Of a DNA stretch of 64,000 nucleotides, positions 8,265 to 17,665 are shown piece by piece. The DNA is from a virus (lineage: Duplodnaviria > Caudoviricetes): positions 1 through 64,000 of the IMG/VR virus record IMGVR_UViG_3300008110_004617. One strand, 5' to 3'. The first letter of the stretch is position 1. Every line of letters begins with the position of its first letter. A program made the translations under genes and the position numbers. The notes under the pieces were generated by a model that did not search any database, was not told the origin of the DNA, and saw nothing but the letters and a program-made list of their open reading frames with translations.

Positions 8265-8965
8265 CAGATAAAAAAAGATTGAATTCCTTCTACAACAAAT
8301 GTCTTTTTGTCACCGTTGGAATTTACGTATGGTATTTCATGACGAACCTTTGGAATAGTGTCAAAGAATTCTTTCATCTGTTTCACTACGTCACTGTGAA
8401 GGCTCTCAACGAAATCATCAACTTCTTTCTTTGAAAAGTCTTTAAAGTTATACACCGTGTCCTCAGACGCGAGCTTATCCATGCAAGAAATTAGAATCTC
8501 AAATGAAGAGTTTGTGGTTATCTCTTCTTCATTTAACATACCTTTAAACATGCTTATAGAAGGATACTTTAAAAATAATGTATATGTATCATCTATCTTA
8601 ATTCTATTAACGTGTCTTTCATCTTTAATCACTTTAACATTTGAAATTTCCATCGAAAGCTTAATCTTTTCTTTCGTATCAGGATCTTCTATCTCAAATT
8701 TTATTTCGTTATCTACGGACTTTGATCTAAGGTTAATGAGAATATATTCTAAGTCAAAAACTGCAAGATCTTCTGCATCAAAATCAATAAGGCAATTATT
8801 CACGATCTGATTTACCGCATTCATCATTTGTGTACTATCTTTTGCTTCTTGGGCAGTTAACAGTATCTTTTCTTCTTTTACCGTAAATGGTCTAAACTTA
8901 ACTATCTTGTCATTAGAAGGAAGTCTCAACTCATATATCGGTAGATCAATCTTAGGTAGTGCCAT
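8264..8965 (-). CDS. gp26: baseplate hub subunit / assembly chaperone (annotated gp26 in cyanophage-type genomes)
   Basis: 'MALPKIDLPIYEL.LPS....KFRPFTVKEEKILL...FDLEYILINLRSKSV...EGIQSFF'. Confidence 0.88.
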   Translation of the reverse strand: MALPKIDLPIYELRLPSNDKIVKFRPFTVKEEKILLTAQEAKDSTQMMNAVNQIVNNCLIDFDAEDLAVFDLEYILINLRSKSVDNEIKFEIEDPDTKEKIKLSMEISNVKVIKDERHVNRIKIDDTYTLFLKYPSISMFKGMLNEEEITTNSSFEILISCMDKLASEDTVYNFKDFSKKEVDDFVESLHSDVVKQMKEFFDTIPKVRHEIPYVNSNGDKKTFVVEGIQSFFI

Positions 8966-8980
8966 TCTATAGTCTCCTTA

Positions 8981-9778
8981 TTATTTAAAAATATTCCCAA
9001 TTGTGTTCAAACCAGTTTTTATTTGAGAGAACCCATTGTTAAAGTTATTCAATCCCGTATTAAATCTTGTGAGAGCGTTAACTGCATCCTGAATTGATGT
9101 TGGTAGTCTTCCTTGGTTGATTAACTGACCAGACGTTCCAATTCTGTTTATTAACTCAAGGTATCCAGTCCCTCTCGTGTCTCTCTGCGTGTATGTTCCT
9201 TTTTTGAATCCTGATACGCTAACTCTTGAGTATGCAAAATTCACAGTAGCAGTTGCGTAACTGTCGTTGTCAGACCAAGAAAGAGTTTCTCCAGATACTT
9301 CAGTAGGAAACGCGTCTTCTAAAACGTATTCATAGTAAATATCTTGAGAATCAGTACTATAGTTCTTAATTGTTATTCTGGTCGATATATCTCTTATATA
9401 CCCAAGTTCGTATGGTAACTGATCGTTAACTGATAAGTATCCGCCCCTAGTCGTATCAAAGTTAACTACGCTTTGCATCCACTGATGAAAGAAACTAATA
9501 ACCTGATGATCTGAATCTAGCATAAAAATTGCGTTTACTGGCGTAGGAACCATTTGAACCGGAATGGACTGTCTAATGCCAAAGCCGTTTGGATAATTAT
9601 CTGTAACGCTAACGTTTATGCCGGGCGCTTGAACCGCCTGACAAAAGAACGTTAGATCACGTAAAGCTATACCTCGTATAACTGGGGCATTCGCGATTTC
9701 AACCACAAATAAGTTCTTACGGGCAGCGCCGCCGTACTTATTCATTGTGCCTTTAAATTCGTTTATGTTAAATGGCAT
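8981..9778 (-). CDS. tail tube initiator / gp54-like (gp19-fold) protein
   Basis: 'FFCQAVQAPG', 'FFHQWMQSV', 'LEDAFPTEVS...LSW...ATVNFAY'; synteny with gp2 and gp26. Confidence 0.7.
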   Translation of the reverse strand: MPFNINEFKGTMNKYGGAARKNLFVVEIANAPVIRGIALRDLTFFCQAVQAPGINVSVTDNYPNGFGIRQSIPVQMVPTPVNAIFMLDSDHQVISFFHQWMQSVVNFDTTRGGYLSVNDQLPYELGYIRDISTRITIKNYSTDSQDIYYEYVLEDAFPTEVSGETLSWSDNDSYATATVNFAYSRVSVSGFKKGTYTQRDTRGTGYLELINRIGTSGQLINQGRLPTSIQDAVNALTRFNTGLNNFNNGFSQIKTGLNTIGNIFK

Positions 9779-10395
9779 TATCGCCCGCCTCTTATGATCT
9801 TTCTTGAGTCTTCCCAGACTTTACTCTTACTTGCGCCAACGAAGTTTTCTGTTGGCAAGAAAAGTGCTACGTCCCACTCTGATGGATTTATGTACACAAG
9901 CCTAGTCCTTACTTGTGATGCTAGATAGTGTTTCACGGTTGGTCTAAATTCCTTGTATTGAGATGCACCGTTCAATAGACTATATGACGCCCTTAATTTA
10001 GTAGTTTCATCAAACTTATCATTCGATGCAACATTATATAAAGCATCCATTAATTTTGCTCTTTGTGTGAGTGGCAAGTAGTGAAAGTTAATACCAAGAA
10101 AGCCACCCTTTGCTCTATTTATCGGGAATATAAGAGGAAACCTATCATAGTAAGGAAGCGTATCTTTATGTTTTGGATCGTACACAAACATATACATATG
10201 GCCGATACGAAATCTATTCTCATAACGATCAGTTCCCATTTCACGTATGAACTTGAGTTCCTTGTCTTTAAACTCAGATTTCGCAATACCGTTTGCTTGG
10301 TCTCGGTACCAATCACGCGCGGCCTTTGTTCTCGCTGGCACCTGCCCAGAACGAATTCCCTTTAGGAGAAGATCGTCAAAAACCTTTGCTACCAT
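9778..10395 (-). CDS. gp2: DNA end protector protein
   Basis: 'MYMFVYDPKHKDTLPYYDRFPLIF...GINFHYLP...KHYL...W..ALFLP'. Confidence 0.92.
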   Translation of the reverse strand: MVAKVFDDLLLKGIRSGQVPARTKAARDWYRDQANGIAKSEFKDKELKFIREMGTDRYENRFRIGHMYMFVYDPKHKDTLPYYDRFPLIFPINRAKGGFLGINFHYLPLTQRAKLMDALYNVASNDKFDETTKLRASYSLLNGASQYKEFRPTVKHYLASQVRTRLVYINPSEWDVALFLPTENFVGASKSKVWEDSRKIIRGGR

Positions 10396-10396
10396 A

Positions 10397-10855
10397 TTAC
10401 TTAATTCCTAGGTGATCTTCGGTTATAACTTGAAACTGCCAACCCTTTTCGGCGCAGAACTTTTTTGCTGCAATCCATTTTGCTTCGTTTACTCCGTAGG
10501 TCTTCACTTCGTTAATATACCTTCTTGAAACTCTACCGGATGGAGTAGCATTCTTCTTTCTTATATCCGGTGGCTTGGTTTGAGCCTTAGGTTTTATCTC
10601 TATCATAATAGTCTCGGTAACACCCTCAGCAGTCTTTTTCTTTAGAACCACGTCTGGAAAGTAACGATGCATTCTTCCATCTATAGGAGATAAGTATGGA
10701 ACTATGTACTCTTCAGAAGCCCACCATAATACATCTGGGTGATCATCTAGATGACGAAAGAACTTAAACTCCCAAAGAGAACGATAGGTGATTTTAGTTG
10801 GATCGCCATTATACTTCTCTGGATGTTTTGGTCTAAATCGGCCTTTGTAAGACAT
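10397..10855 (-). CDS. gp4: head completion nuclease
   Basis: 'YKGRFRPKHPEKY.GDP..I.YRSLWE...HRYFPD...IEIKP...N.AKW.AA'. Confidence 0.93.
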   Translation of the reverse strand: MSYKGRFRPKHPEKYNGDPTKITYRSLWEFKFFRHLDDHPDVLWWASEEYIVPYLSPIDGRMHRYFPDVVLKKKTAEGVTETIMIEIKPKAQTKPPDIRKKNATPSGRVSRRYINEVKTYGVNEAKWIAAKKFCAEKGWQFQVITEDHLGIK

Positions 10856-10871
10856 GTCTTTCCGTTTTCAA

Positions 10872-10904
10872 TATAAATAGAATCAATCTCATATCCTATT
10901 TATA
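10872..10904. promoter_or_regulatory. pair of oppositely oriented late promoters
   Basis: TATAAATA on + at 10872-10879 and on - at 10897-10904, between the divergent gp4 and gp48 genes. Confidence 0.75.
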
Positions 10905-10917
10905 AAGGAAACTTGCG

Positions 10918-11862
10918 TTGCCCCCACCAAACTCGCCTCAGGCTGCCGTTAGAGGTAGCAAAGGTTCGAAAATAGTTCAGAGCCTGCGTTTCCCTATTCA
11001 TAACCAGGGCGCGCATAGAATGTTGATGGTGTTCAATTCATATAAGTATGTTTCGCCAGGTCAACGTGGATTAAATAAGATAGATAATTTAGGAAGAGAC
11101 AGTCGTAGAGGACAGATTCCAGACGGAAAGACTGTCATTGAATTACCACTGCCAGCGAATCTAGAGGATGCATACAACGTTCGTGTCCAAGGATACGACG
11201 CTGAACTGTCCGGTGCTCTCATTGCTGGTGCAGCTTCACAATTTGCTGGTGCTGGCGACCTAAGTACTGGAAATATATTAAACGCACTCGGTGGCGCCCT
11301 GAGCGGAACTGGATTAGATCCTGCGTCTATTATGTCTTCGGACATAGGTGACATATCCAGAAACGTTGCGTTTCTAGGAAGAAGAAATCTGCCATCAAAT
11401 GCAGGCAGAGCTGTTGATACTGGTTTAGGAAACGTCATCAATCCGAAGACATCACTCTATTTCGATGGAGTTAACCTAAAGCAGCTTGCATTTAACTGGA
11501 CTCTCGCTCCACAAGACTCACAAGAGTCCGATGTGATAAGAGATATAACAAATGCCATTAAAAGAAATATGCTTCCTTCTTATGGAAACGCTGTTGGGTT
11601 TACACAGGCGCTCTTAAACTATCCTAGCACAGTTGACATATTCTTATTAGGTGTTGATCAGCAATACTATATGTACTTCAAGACTTGTATGGTTCAAGGG
11701 TTCACTGTAAACTACACTCCGAACGGGTTGGCAGTTGTAAAGGGAGGTAAGCCAGCAATTGTCGGCATTGGTATGACACTTGTAGAAGCTGACATTCACA
11801 CATCAGAAGATTACGGTGGATCTAGCACAGTTAACCCTGGCTTAGTCGAGGATAGAAGATAA
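10918..11862 (+). CDS. gp48: baseplate tail-tube cap
   Basis: 'IELPLP.NL.D', 'NPKTSLYFDGV.LK...FNW.LAPQ...ES', 'YP....I', 'VNYTPNG'; TTG start after AAGGA. Confidence 0.8.
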   Translation: MPPPNSPQAAVRGSKGSKIVQSLRFPIHNQGAHRMLMVFNSYKYVSPGQRGLNKIDNLGRDSRRGQIPDGKTVIELPLPANLEDAYNVRVQGYDAELSGALIAGAASQFAGAGDLSTGNILNALGGALSGTGLDPASIMSSDIGDISRNVAFLGRRNLPSNAGRAVDTGLGNVINPKTSLYFDGVNLKQLAFNWTLAPQDSQESDVIRDITNAIKRNMLPSYGNAVGFTQALLNYPSTVDIFLLGVDQQYYMYFKTCMVQGFTVNYTPNGLAVVKGGKPAIVGIGMTLVEADIHTSEDYGGSSTVNPGLVEDRR

Positions 11863-12246
11863 ATGAGCGGCGAATATTTCGAAAAGCTACCAGAGATAAG
11901 ATATAACAATGTTCTTGTAAGAGATATTACAAGAAGAGTAAACTTTCTTAAACAGTCGATAGAGAATCCATACTCGTTTCTTCCTTATACGATAGAAGAA
12001 GGTGATCGCGCAGAAGATATTGCATATCATTATTACGGCGATCCAAACTATGCATGGCTCGTATATCTTGCAAACAACATCATAGATCCGTATAACGAAT
12101 GGCCCATGGATGAAGACACCTTTCATAGATACCTAATAGATAAGTATCAGGCTCAGTCCGGAGGAAGAAAAGGTTGGGATGTGGTAGACTGGACTAGAGA
12201 TAGTTCTAGAGACGACAATATAATTTACTACTATAAAGAACTATAG
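11863..12246 (+). CDS. gp53: baseplate wedge gp53, N-terminal part (LysM-like)
   Basis: 'YFEKLP.I.Y...RDIT.R...YTIEEGDRAEDIAYHYYGDP.YAWLV.LANNIIDPY.EWP'. Confidence 0.85.
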   Translation: MSGEYFEKLPEIRYNNVLVRDITRRVNFLKQSIENPYSFLPYTIEEGDRAEDIAYHYYGDPNYAWLVYLANNIIDPYNEWPMDEDTFHRYLIDKYQAQSGGRKGWDVVDWTRDSSRDDNIIYYYKEL

Positions 12247-12305
12247 CATAAATTCATATATCTTAATCTAACCATAAACAAAACGTACTTCGCTAAAGGA
12301 ATAAC

Positions 12306-12557
12306 ATGGCAACCGATATCATAAAGATAGCACCAAATAGTTTTAAAACTATCTTTCTTCGTAAGGAAGATAGATTAATACTAAGAACCGAAGCTGGGAG
12401 ACGAATTGTACTTCAGCGTATCGTACCAGAACAATGGAAAGCATACCGTATATACGAGTATGAACAAGTTTTAAACGATAACAAAAGAAATATACAACTA
12501 ATAGATCGCACTTATCTATCTCAAATAGAAAAAGAATTGGAAGATAAGCTAAGATGA
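12306..12557 (+). CDS. protein corresponding to the gp53 C-terminal part
   Basis: 'YEYEQVLNDNKRNIQLIDRTYLSQIEKEL' resembles the usual gp53 C-terminus; it has its own AAGGA RBS. Confidence 0.65.
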   Translation: MATDIIKIAPNSFKTIFLRKEDRLILRTEAGRRIVLQRIVPEQWKAYRIYEYEQVLNDNKRNIQLIDRTYLSQIEKELEDKLR

Positions 12558-13840
12558 ATGGATTTGTTTTACCTGGATACTATAGGCTTATCTCAGCGGT
12601 GATCACTCCGCTGAATGGAGACGGCATCGAGATACTCGGTTTAATTCCAGAGTTCTCGATCGAAGAGTCTCTAGATAAGGATAGCATTCGCGGTAGCGCA
12701 TTGGTGTATGACAACATTGGTTTACTTGAAGATCTTCCATTAAGAGGTGAAGAACTGCTTACAATTCAAATAGAAGATGCACTAAAGAATAGAGTAACAC
12801 ACGAATTCGCAATATACAAAATCACCGATGTTGAAATCAAGAAGACAAACGACGGATTGACTTATAAGATACACTTTATGTCAAAGTATTCTTTTGAAGC
12901 AATGTTTCGAAGAATTATAGAACCGTTCGACGATACTGTTTCAAACATCGTAGAAAACATTTTTAACAATTACTACCCAGGCTCAAAGCAACTTATTCTG
13001 GAATCTACGATCGGTTTATTTAGATGCGTTATTCCAAACTATACACCTATGCAAGCGATGAACTTTCTTGCAAATCGCGCCTATAGTCGAAAGAGCCCGT
13101 CCTGCTCGTTTCGTTTCTTTGAGACATCTGAAAACTATTACTTTGTTTCTGACGAGTATCTTATCAATCGTTTCCTTGAGAATAAAGAAGAAATCAAAGA
13201 ATTTACATTTAGTGATGCAGTAGATAAGTCTGGAACTGAGTTTCTTGCTCAGATGAAGAACCTTGTCGAGATAAGAAACTCTGATAGAGTCAATAGCGCA
13301 ATGGATTTGATTTCTGGCGCGTATCGTAGTAATGTAATAGAAATTGACTTAATAAAGAGACAAGTAACTCTCCCAGGTAGATCAAACAAATATGAATATG
13401 ATTATCAGAAAGCAAAAAAGAACTACATGTCTTCTTCTGGTAAAGGACAAGGTCAAGATACTCATACTGACGATTTCATAAACGGATATTTTACTCCAGA
13501 AAACGAGAGAAGATACATTGTTATTCGAGACTACGATGATTCTGGAACGAAGCAATTAAGAGGCGATCAGTTTATTCCAGAGATCGTCACTAACCGTTTG
13601 GCCTATCGTAACCACCTAAATCATACAGTCGTTTATGCAAAGGCGCATGGCCGCCTCGATCTTAGGGCTGGTGATATCATTAACATTAAGGTTCCTGAGT
13701 TTAAGATCTCTTCAAACCCCCGGCAGAATAGACAGCTATCCGGTTACTATATGATAAATGATCTGACGCATGTGTTCAATAAAGACATACATCAGACCGA
13801 TATGAAACTTGTTAAGTATGATTGGAGTACAAGAGAATGA
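12554..13840 (+). CDS. baseplate hub protein (gp27-like)
   Basis: 428 aa between gp53 and gp5; 'IEESL', 'LPLRGEE', 'FRFFET', 'LSGYYMINDLTHVF'. Confidence 0.65.
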   Translation: MNGFVLPGYYRLISAVITPLNGDGIEILGLIPEFSIEESLDKDSIRGSALVYDNIGLLEDLPLRGEELLTIQIEDALKNRVTHEFAIYKITDVEIKKTNDGLTYKIHFMSKYSFEAMFRRIIEPFDDTVSNIVENIFNNYYPGSKQLILESTIGLFRCVIPNYTPMQAMNFLANRAYSRKSPSCSFRFFETSENYYFVSDEYLINRFLENKEEIKEFTFSDAVDKSGTEFLAQMKNLVEIRNSDRVNSAMDLISGAYRSNVIEIDLIKRQVTLPGRSNKYEYDYQKAKKNYMSSSGKGQGQDTHTDDFINGYFTPENERRYIVIRDYDDSGTKQLRGDQFIPEIVTNRLAYRNHLNHTVVYAKAHGRLDLRAGDIINIKVPEFKISSNPRQNRQLSGYYMINDLTHVFNKDIHQTDMKLVKYDWSTRE

Positions 13841-15627
13841 GAGAAACTGGTGTAGGTCTATACGAACCTCTCTTCTTTATTGGAGTAGTTGAGAACAACA
13901 TTGACGAGCGGTTAGAAAAGAGAGTCCAGGTCCGTGCATTTGGAGTGCATGGAACCGTGGATCAGGTGCCAACTGAGAAACTGCCGTGGGCTACTCTTAT
14001 ATATGGTAGCTACGATCCAAACTCCCCTCTACCCCCTATAAACTCATTTGTATTCGGATTCTTTGTTGACGGCCGTGATGCACAGCAACCAATGATACTT
14101 GGTCTCATACCTACACAGTTGACCGAAGTGATTAATCCTTCTGTAACTGGATGGGGTGCAGTTCCTGGGCGTGACTCGAATATAATCGCAAAGGGATCTA
14201 CTCCTGACGATTATGGCCAACCATCAAACTCAAGACTCGAAAGAGGCGAAGATATTGATCAGACTTATGTTCTTTTACAAGAGATGAACCGAGTAAAAGA
14301 TGCGCCGACCGCAAAGATGAACAGCGACGATACTACTTCCTCGTTTGAAGAACCAGCTCCGGCATATAACGCACAGTATCCATACAACAGAGTTATTGAA
14401 ACAGCAAGTCACTCGATAGAACTCGACGATACTCCAGGCGCAGAAAGAATTACGATATTCCACAAATCCGGCTCTTATGTATCAATTGACTCGAACGGCA
14501 CTTCAGTTCATAAGTCAATCTCTGATAAGTACGAGATAAATGATATGCATCAACATGTATATGTTGGTGGTAAGAGTCAAGTGACTATCATGGGAGACAG
14601 CCGCGTTCTCGTAAAAGGAAATAAGATAGAAGAAGTTGAGGGCGATTTAATGCAGATCGTTCACGGCAACCATCTTCTATCTGTTGCCGGTCAAATGAAC
14701 CTTAATGCAAGCGAAGAAGTTCAGATGAGAGCTGCTAAACTTCGTCTTGAGGCTAACGTTGAAAGTGTAAACATAAAAGCTGGAAGAGACGTTAAGATAC
14801 AGAGCACGGAATCTACAAACATAAAGTCCAAAGCAACGTTTATTGATTCGGCCGAAACCACGGACATAAAGGCTGGAGACGACATTCATATTCAGTCCGG
14901 CGGAGATGTGCATGTTAAAGCGGCTAATGTTAAAATGGACGATAGAATTAATTTGGCTAACGGCGCTGCTGGCGATGCAACTGGTGCTGCAGGTGCAGAA
15001 GGCGCTGAACTTCCAGAACCAGCTGCAAAGAGTGCAAGCACGACTAACTATAAGAACAGTGCTTCTTTCGGTTCTTCGGGGTATGCATCCCAGGACGAAA
15101 GTGGAAGTGGCTCTTCGTCGGGTTCGTCTGGTGCAGATCCAGCTGTAGAATTCTCGTCTCCGGCAAATGCAAGTATGAATCTTCTATCTCTCGTGAAATC
15201 CTTCGAAGGATTTAGTCAGTATCCATATGAAGACTATGGTCAGTGGTCGATTGGTTACGGCAGTGGAGTTGGTCCTTCAAGCCAGCCACCAAAGATCCCT
15301 GGGCCTATATCTGAACAAGAAGCAACGAGACTTCTTGAAGAAAACCTTCAGAAGTTTGTTGTCAACGTCGAGACAATAAATCAGAAGGGTAACTATAATT
15401 GGTCGCAAGAGTCAAAAGATGCTCTTGCTTGTTTTGCTTATAACATTGGTAGTATAAACGAACTAACTGCTAACGGTACGAGAGATAATGCTACGATTGC
15501 GTCCAAGATGCTTGAGTATTCAAAAGCTGGTGGCGTTACCTTGAGCGCTCTCGTTCAGAGAAGAACTATCGAAAGACAAAAGTTTTTAAACGGTCTTGCT
15601 GGAACTAGCAGCGGTACACTCGTTTAA
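13837..15627 (+). CDS. gp5: baseplate hub/spike protein with C-terminal lysozyme
   Basis: OB-fold 'FFIGVVE...RVQVRAFGVH...LPWA', then 'YPYNRVIETASH.IELDDTPGAERI' and beta-helix repeats, then GH24-like 'KSFEGF...YEDYGQWSIGYG...FAYNIG...LVQRR'. Confidence 0.88.
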   Translation: MRETGVGLYEPLFFIGVVENNIDERLEKRVQVRAFGVHGTVDQVPTEKLPWATLIYGSYDPNSPLPPINSFVFGFFVDGRDAQQPMILGLIPTQLTEVINPSVTGWGAVPGRDSNIIAKGSTPDDYGQPSNSRLERGEDIDQTYVLLQEMNRVKDAPTAKMNSDDTTSSFEEPAPAYNAQYPYNRVIETASHSIELDDTPGAERITIFHKSGSYVSIDSNGTSVHKSISDKYEINDMHQHVYVGGKSQVTIMGDSRVLVKGNKIEEVEGDLMQIVHGNHLLSVAGQMNLNASEEVQMRAAKLRLEANVESVNIKAGRDVKIQSTESTNIKSKATFIDSAETTDIKAGDDIHIQSGGDVHVKAANVKMDDRINLANGAAGDATGAAGAEGAELPEPAAKSASTTNYKNSASFGSSGYASQDESGSGSSSGSSGADPAVEFSSPANASMNLLSLVKSFEGFSQYPYEDYGQWSIGYGSGVGPSSQPPKIPGPISEQEATRLLEENLQKFVVNVETINQKGNYNWSQESKDALACFAYNIGSINELTANGTRDNATIASKMLEYSKAGGVTLSALVQRRTIERQKFLNGLAGTSSGTLV

Positions 15628-15645
15628 GTATTCGGAGGATAATAC

Positions 15646-17238
15646 ATGGCCACAAGTGGTCTATGCGGTAAAAGAAATTGTGTAACTAGAGTTGGATCTA
15701 CCGGCGAAATTATAGAGCTTGAGATTCCTGAAGCAATTGATATTGGTGAATTCACTTCAAACAGTGTTTCGTCTCTTATCAACACATTTCAGTCCGGAGT
15801 TATTTTTTCTGCCGAGGATACGGATCCAATCACGGAAGTTATTCGTAACTACGGCGCCGAACCATTTTACTCTTCTGTTTCTGCTGTCAACCAGTTTTTC
15901 GTAAGAGACGATGTAAAAGGCTCTGGAATATTTGACATACAAGACCCGCCAAGAAATGGGCCGGATGTAAAGGGTTTAATTGATCCTGCAATACATCCTC
16001 TATTAACGGACAGAATTAACACCGGCATCATCTTTACTCCAGTTGAAATAGCAGAGTTCATAAGAAACTTTGGTTATACTCCAATTACACTATCGACAAC
16101 GTCTTCAATTATATCAATAAAACTAATAAATGAATTTGAAGCATTCTATACTAAAAACTTTACACAGAGTACACTCGGCAGTTTCTGTTCTCTAGTTCCA
16201 GGCATCTTTGGTGCCATCGGCGCTTTCTTCACCGCGCTTCAAGACATAGCAAACCTAGTAAATAAACTAAAGAACTTTGCTCTTAATTTTTCATTATCGT
16301 CTCTTATTGATCAGCTTAAGAATGGTATAACTAAAGTTTTGGACAAAGTGATTGATAAAGTAAAGAGCATAATTGAAAACTTTTCACTTGAAAACATTAT
16401 CTCTGATATTAAAACGTTCTTAGTTGAAAAGATAGGAGGGCAGTTTCAAAAGATAAAGGAAGCTGCGTTGAAGTTCTTTGACCCAGAAAACCTTAAGAAC
16501 TTTAAAGCTAAGATAGAAGCCATCATAGACTACGCGGCGAGTATATTTAAAAACCCTACACTCGAAGACATTCAGTTTCTCATATACAGATTTTGTCAAT
16601 TCGTTTCTCAGATAGAGAACGGTATCAATGCAATTAAGAATCCTCTAGATACATTTATAAACTCTTACAAAGATACGGTTAGAATTCTTAGATCAAATTC
16701 CGCGCCTAACACTACGAGATCGGTAACGGCCGGAGCGATTCGTTACGACTTGCCAGCTAAGGGTAGTGGAATAAATACAAGTAGAGAAATTTATACAGCC
16801 GCTGGAGATATTCCGCCAATGGGCCCGGAAGATTTTCAAGCAGTAACTCCTTGGAACGAAGGTAAGGGTGACTCTAGAGTAACGTTTAACGGTAGGTGGG
16901 TTGCTGCTTTAGGAAGAGATGGTTGGGAAAAAGTTGACATTGGAGTAAGAGCAATGTTAATGAAAGTGCAGAAAGACTTTGGCAGATCTCTGTTTGTAAA
17001 TAGTGGATATAGATCACCTGAATATAATGCTAAGCTGAAAGGCGCCGCTAAGAACTCTTTGCATATGCAAGGAAAGGCTTTAGATATATCTTGGTCTGGC
17101 ATAAACGACGAAACTAAAGAAGAGTTTATAAGATTGGCGAGAATACACGGATTTAGAGGAATAGGAAGATACGGCTCTGGGTCAGGAAACTTTATTCATA
17201 TAGACGTAGGACCGGAAAGAACGTGGTCAAAGGCATGA
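15646..17238 (+). CDS. virion-associated protein with C-terminal peptidase M15 (Zn, YcbK/DUF882-like) domain
   Basis: 'NSGYRSPEYN..L.GAAKNSLHMQGKALDI...GIGRY...FIHIDVG'; long helical N-terminal region. Confidence 0.75.
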   Translation: MATSGLCGKRNCVTRVGSTGEIIELEIPEAIDIGEFTSNSVSSLINTFQSGVIFSAEDTDPITEVIRNYGAEPFYSSVSAVNQFFVRDDVKGSGIFDIQDPPRNGPDVKGLIDPAIHPLLTDRINTGIIFTPVEIAEFIRNFGYTPITLSTTSSIISIKLINEFEAFYTKNFTQSTLGSFCSLVPGIFGAIGAFFTALQDIANLVNKLKNFALNFSLSSLIDQLKNGITKVLDKVIDKVKSIIENFSLENIISDIKTFLVEKIGGQFQKIKEAALKFFDPENLKNFKAKIEAIIDYAASIFKNPTLEDIQFLIYRFCQFVSQIENGINAIKNPLDTFINSYKDTVRILRSNSAPNTTRSVTAGAIRYDLPAKGSGINTSREIYTAAGDIPPMGPEDFQAVTPWNEGKGDSRVTFNGRWVAALGRDGWEKVDIGVRAMLMKVQKDFGRSLFVNSGYRSPEYNAKLKGAAKNSLHMQGKALDISWSGINDETKEEFIRLARIHGFRGIGRYGSGSGNFIHIDVGPERTWSKA

Positions 17239-17248
17239 GGGATTATAA

Positions 17249-17665
17249 GTGGTAGTACAATTAAACTCTCCAGGTAGAAGTAGGCCTAGTCTGTTCTCAG
17301 ACTTTCATAAAGACATGACTCAAAATCCAATTTCAGAAGACCTTGCTATTAAAAGGGACGAAGAGGCCGTAAAGGAAGCAATAAAAAACCTTATTCTAAC
17401 GGATAGAGGTGAGAGGTTAATGCAGCCTCTAGTCGGCGGTAATATTCGTGCTATGCTTTTTGAAAATAATACGCCGGCCACGATAAAGATTATTCAAGAG
17501 ATGGTAAAAGAAACGGTAAGAATCTATGAACCGAGAGCGACTCTATTAGATGTAATAGTCCAATCTTCGTTAGACGAATCTACTGTTCAAGTCGCAATCT
17601 ATTTTTACATAAATAACGTCGAACAGCCGATCACACTAACGGTGTTCCTAGAGAGGACAAGATAA
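17249..17665 (+). CDS. gp25: baseplate wedge subunit
   Basis: 'AVKEAIKNLILTDRGERLMQP..G..IR.MLFE...YEPR'. Confidence 0.92.
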   Translation: MVVQLNSPGRSRPSLFSDFHKDMTQNPISEDLAIKRDEEAVKEAIKNLILTDRGERLMQPLVGGNIRAMLFENNTPATIKIIQEMVKETVRIYEPRATLLDVIVQSSLDESTVQVAIYFYINNVEQPITLTVFLERTR

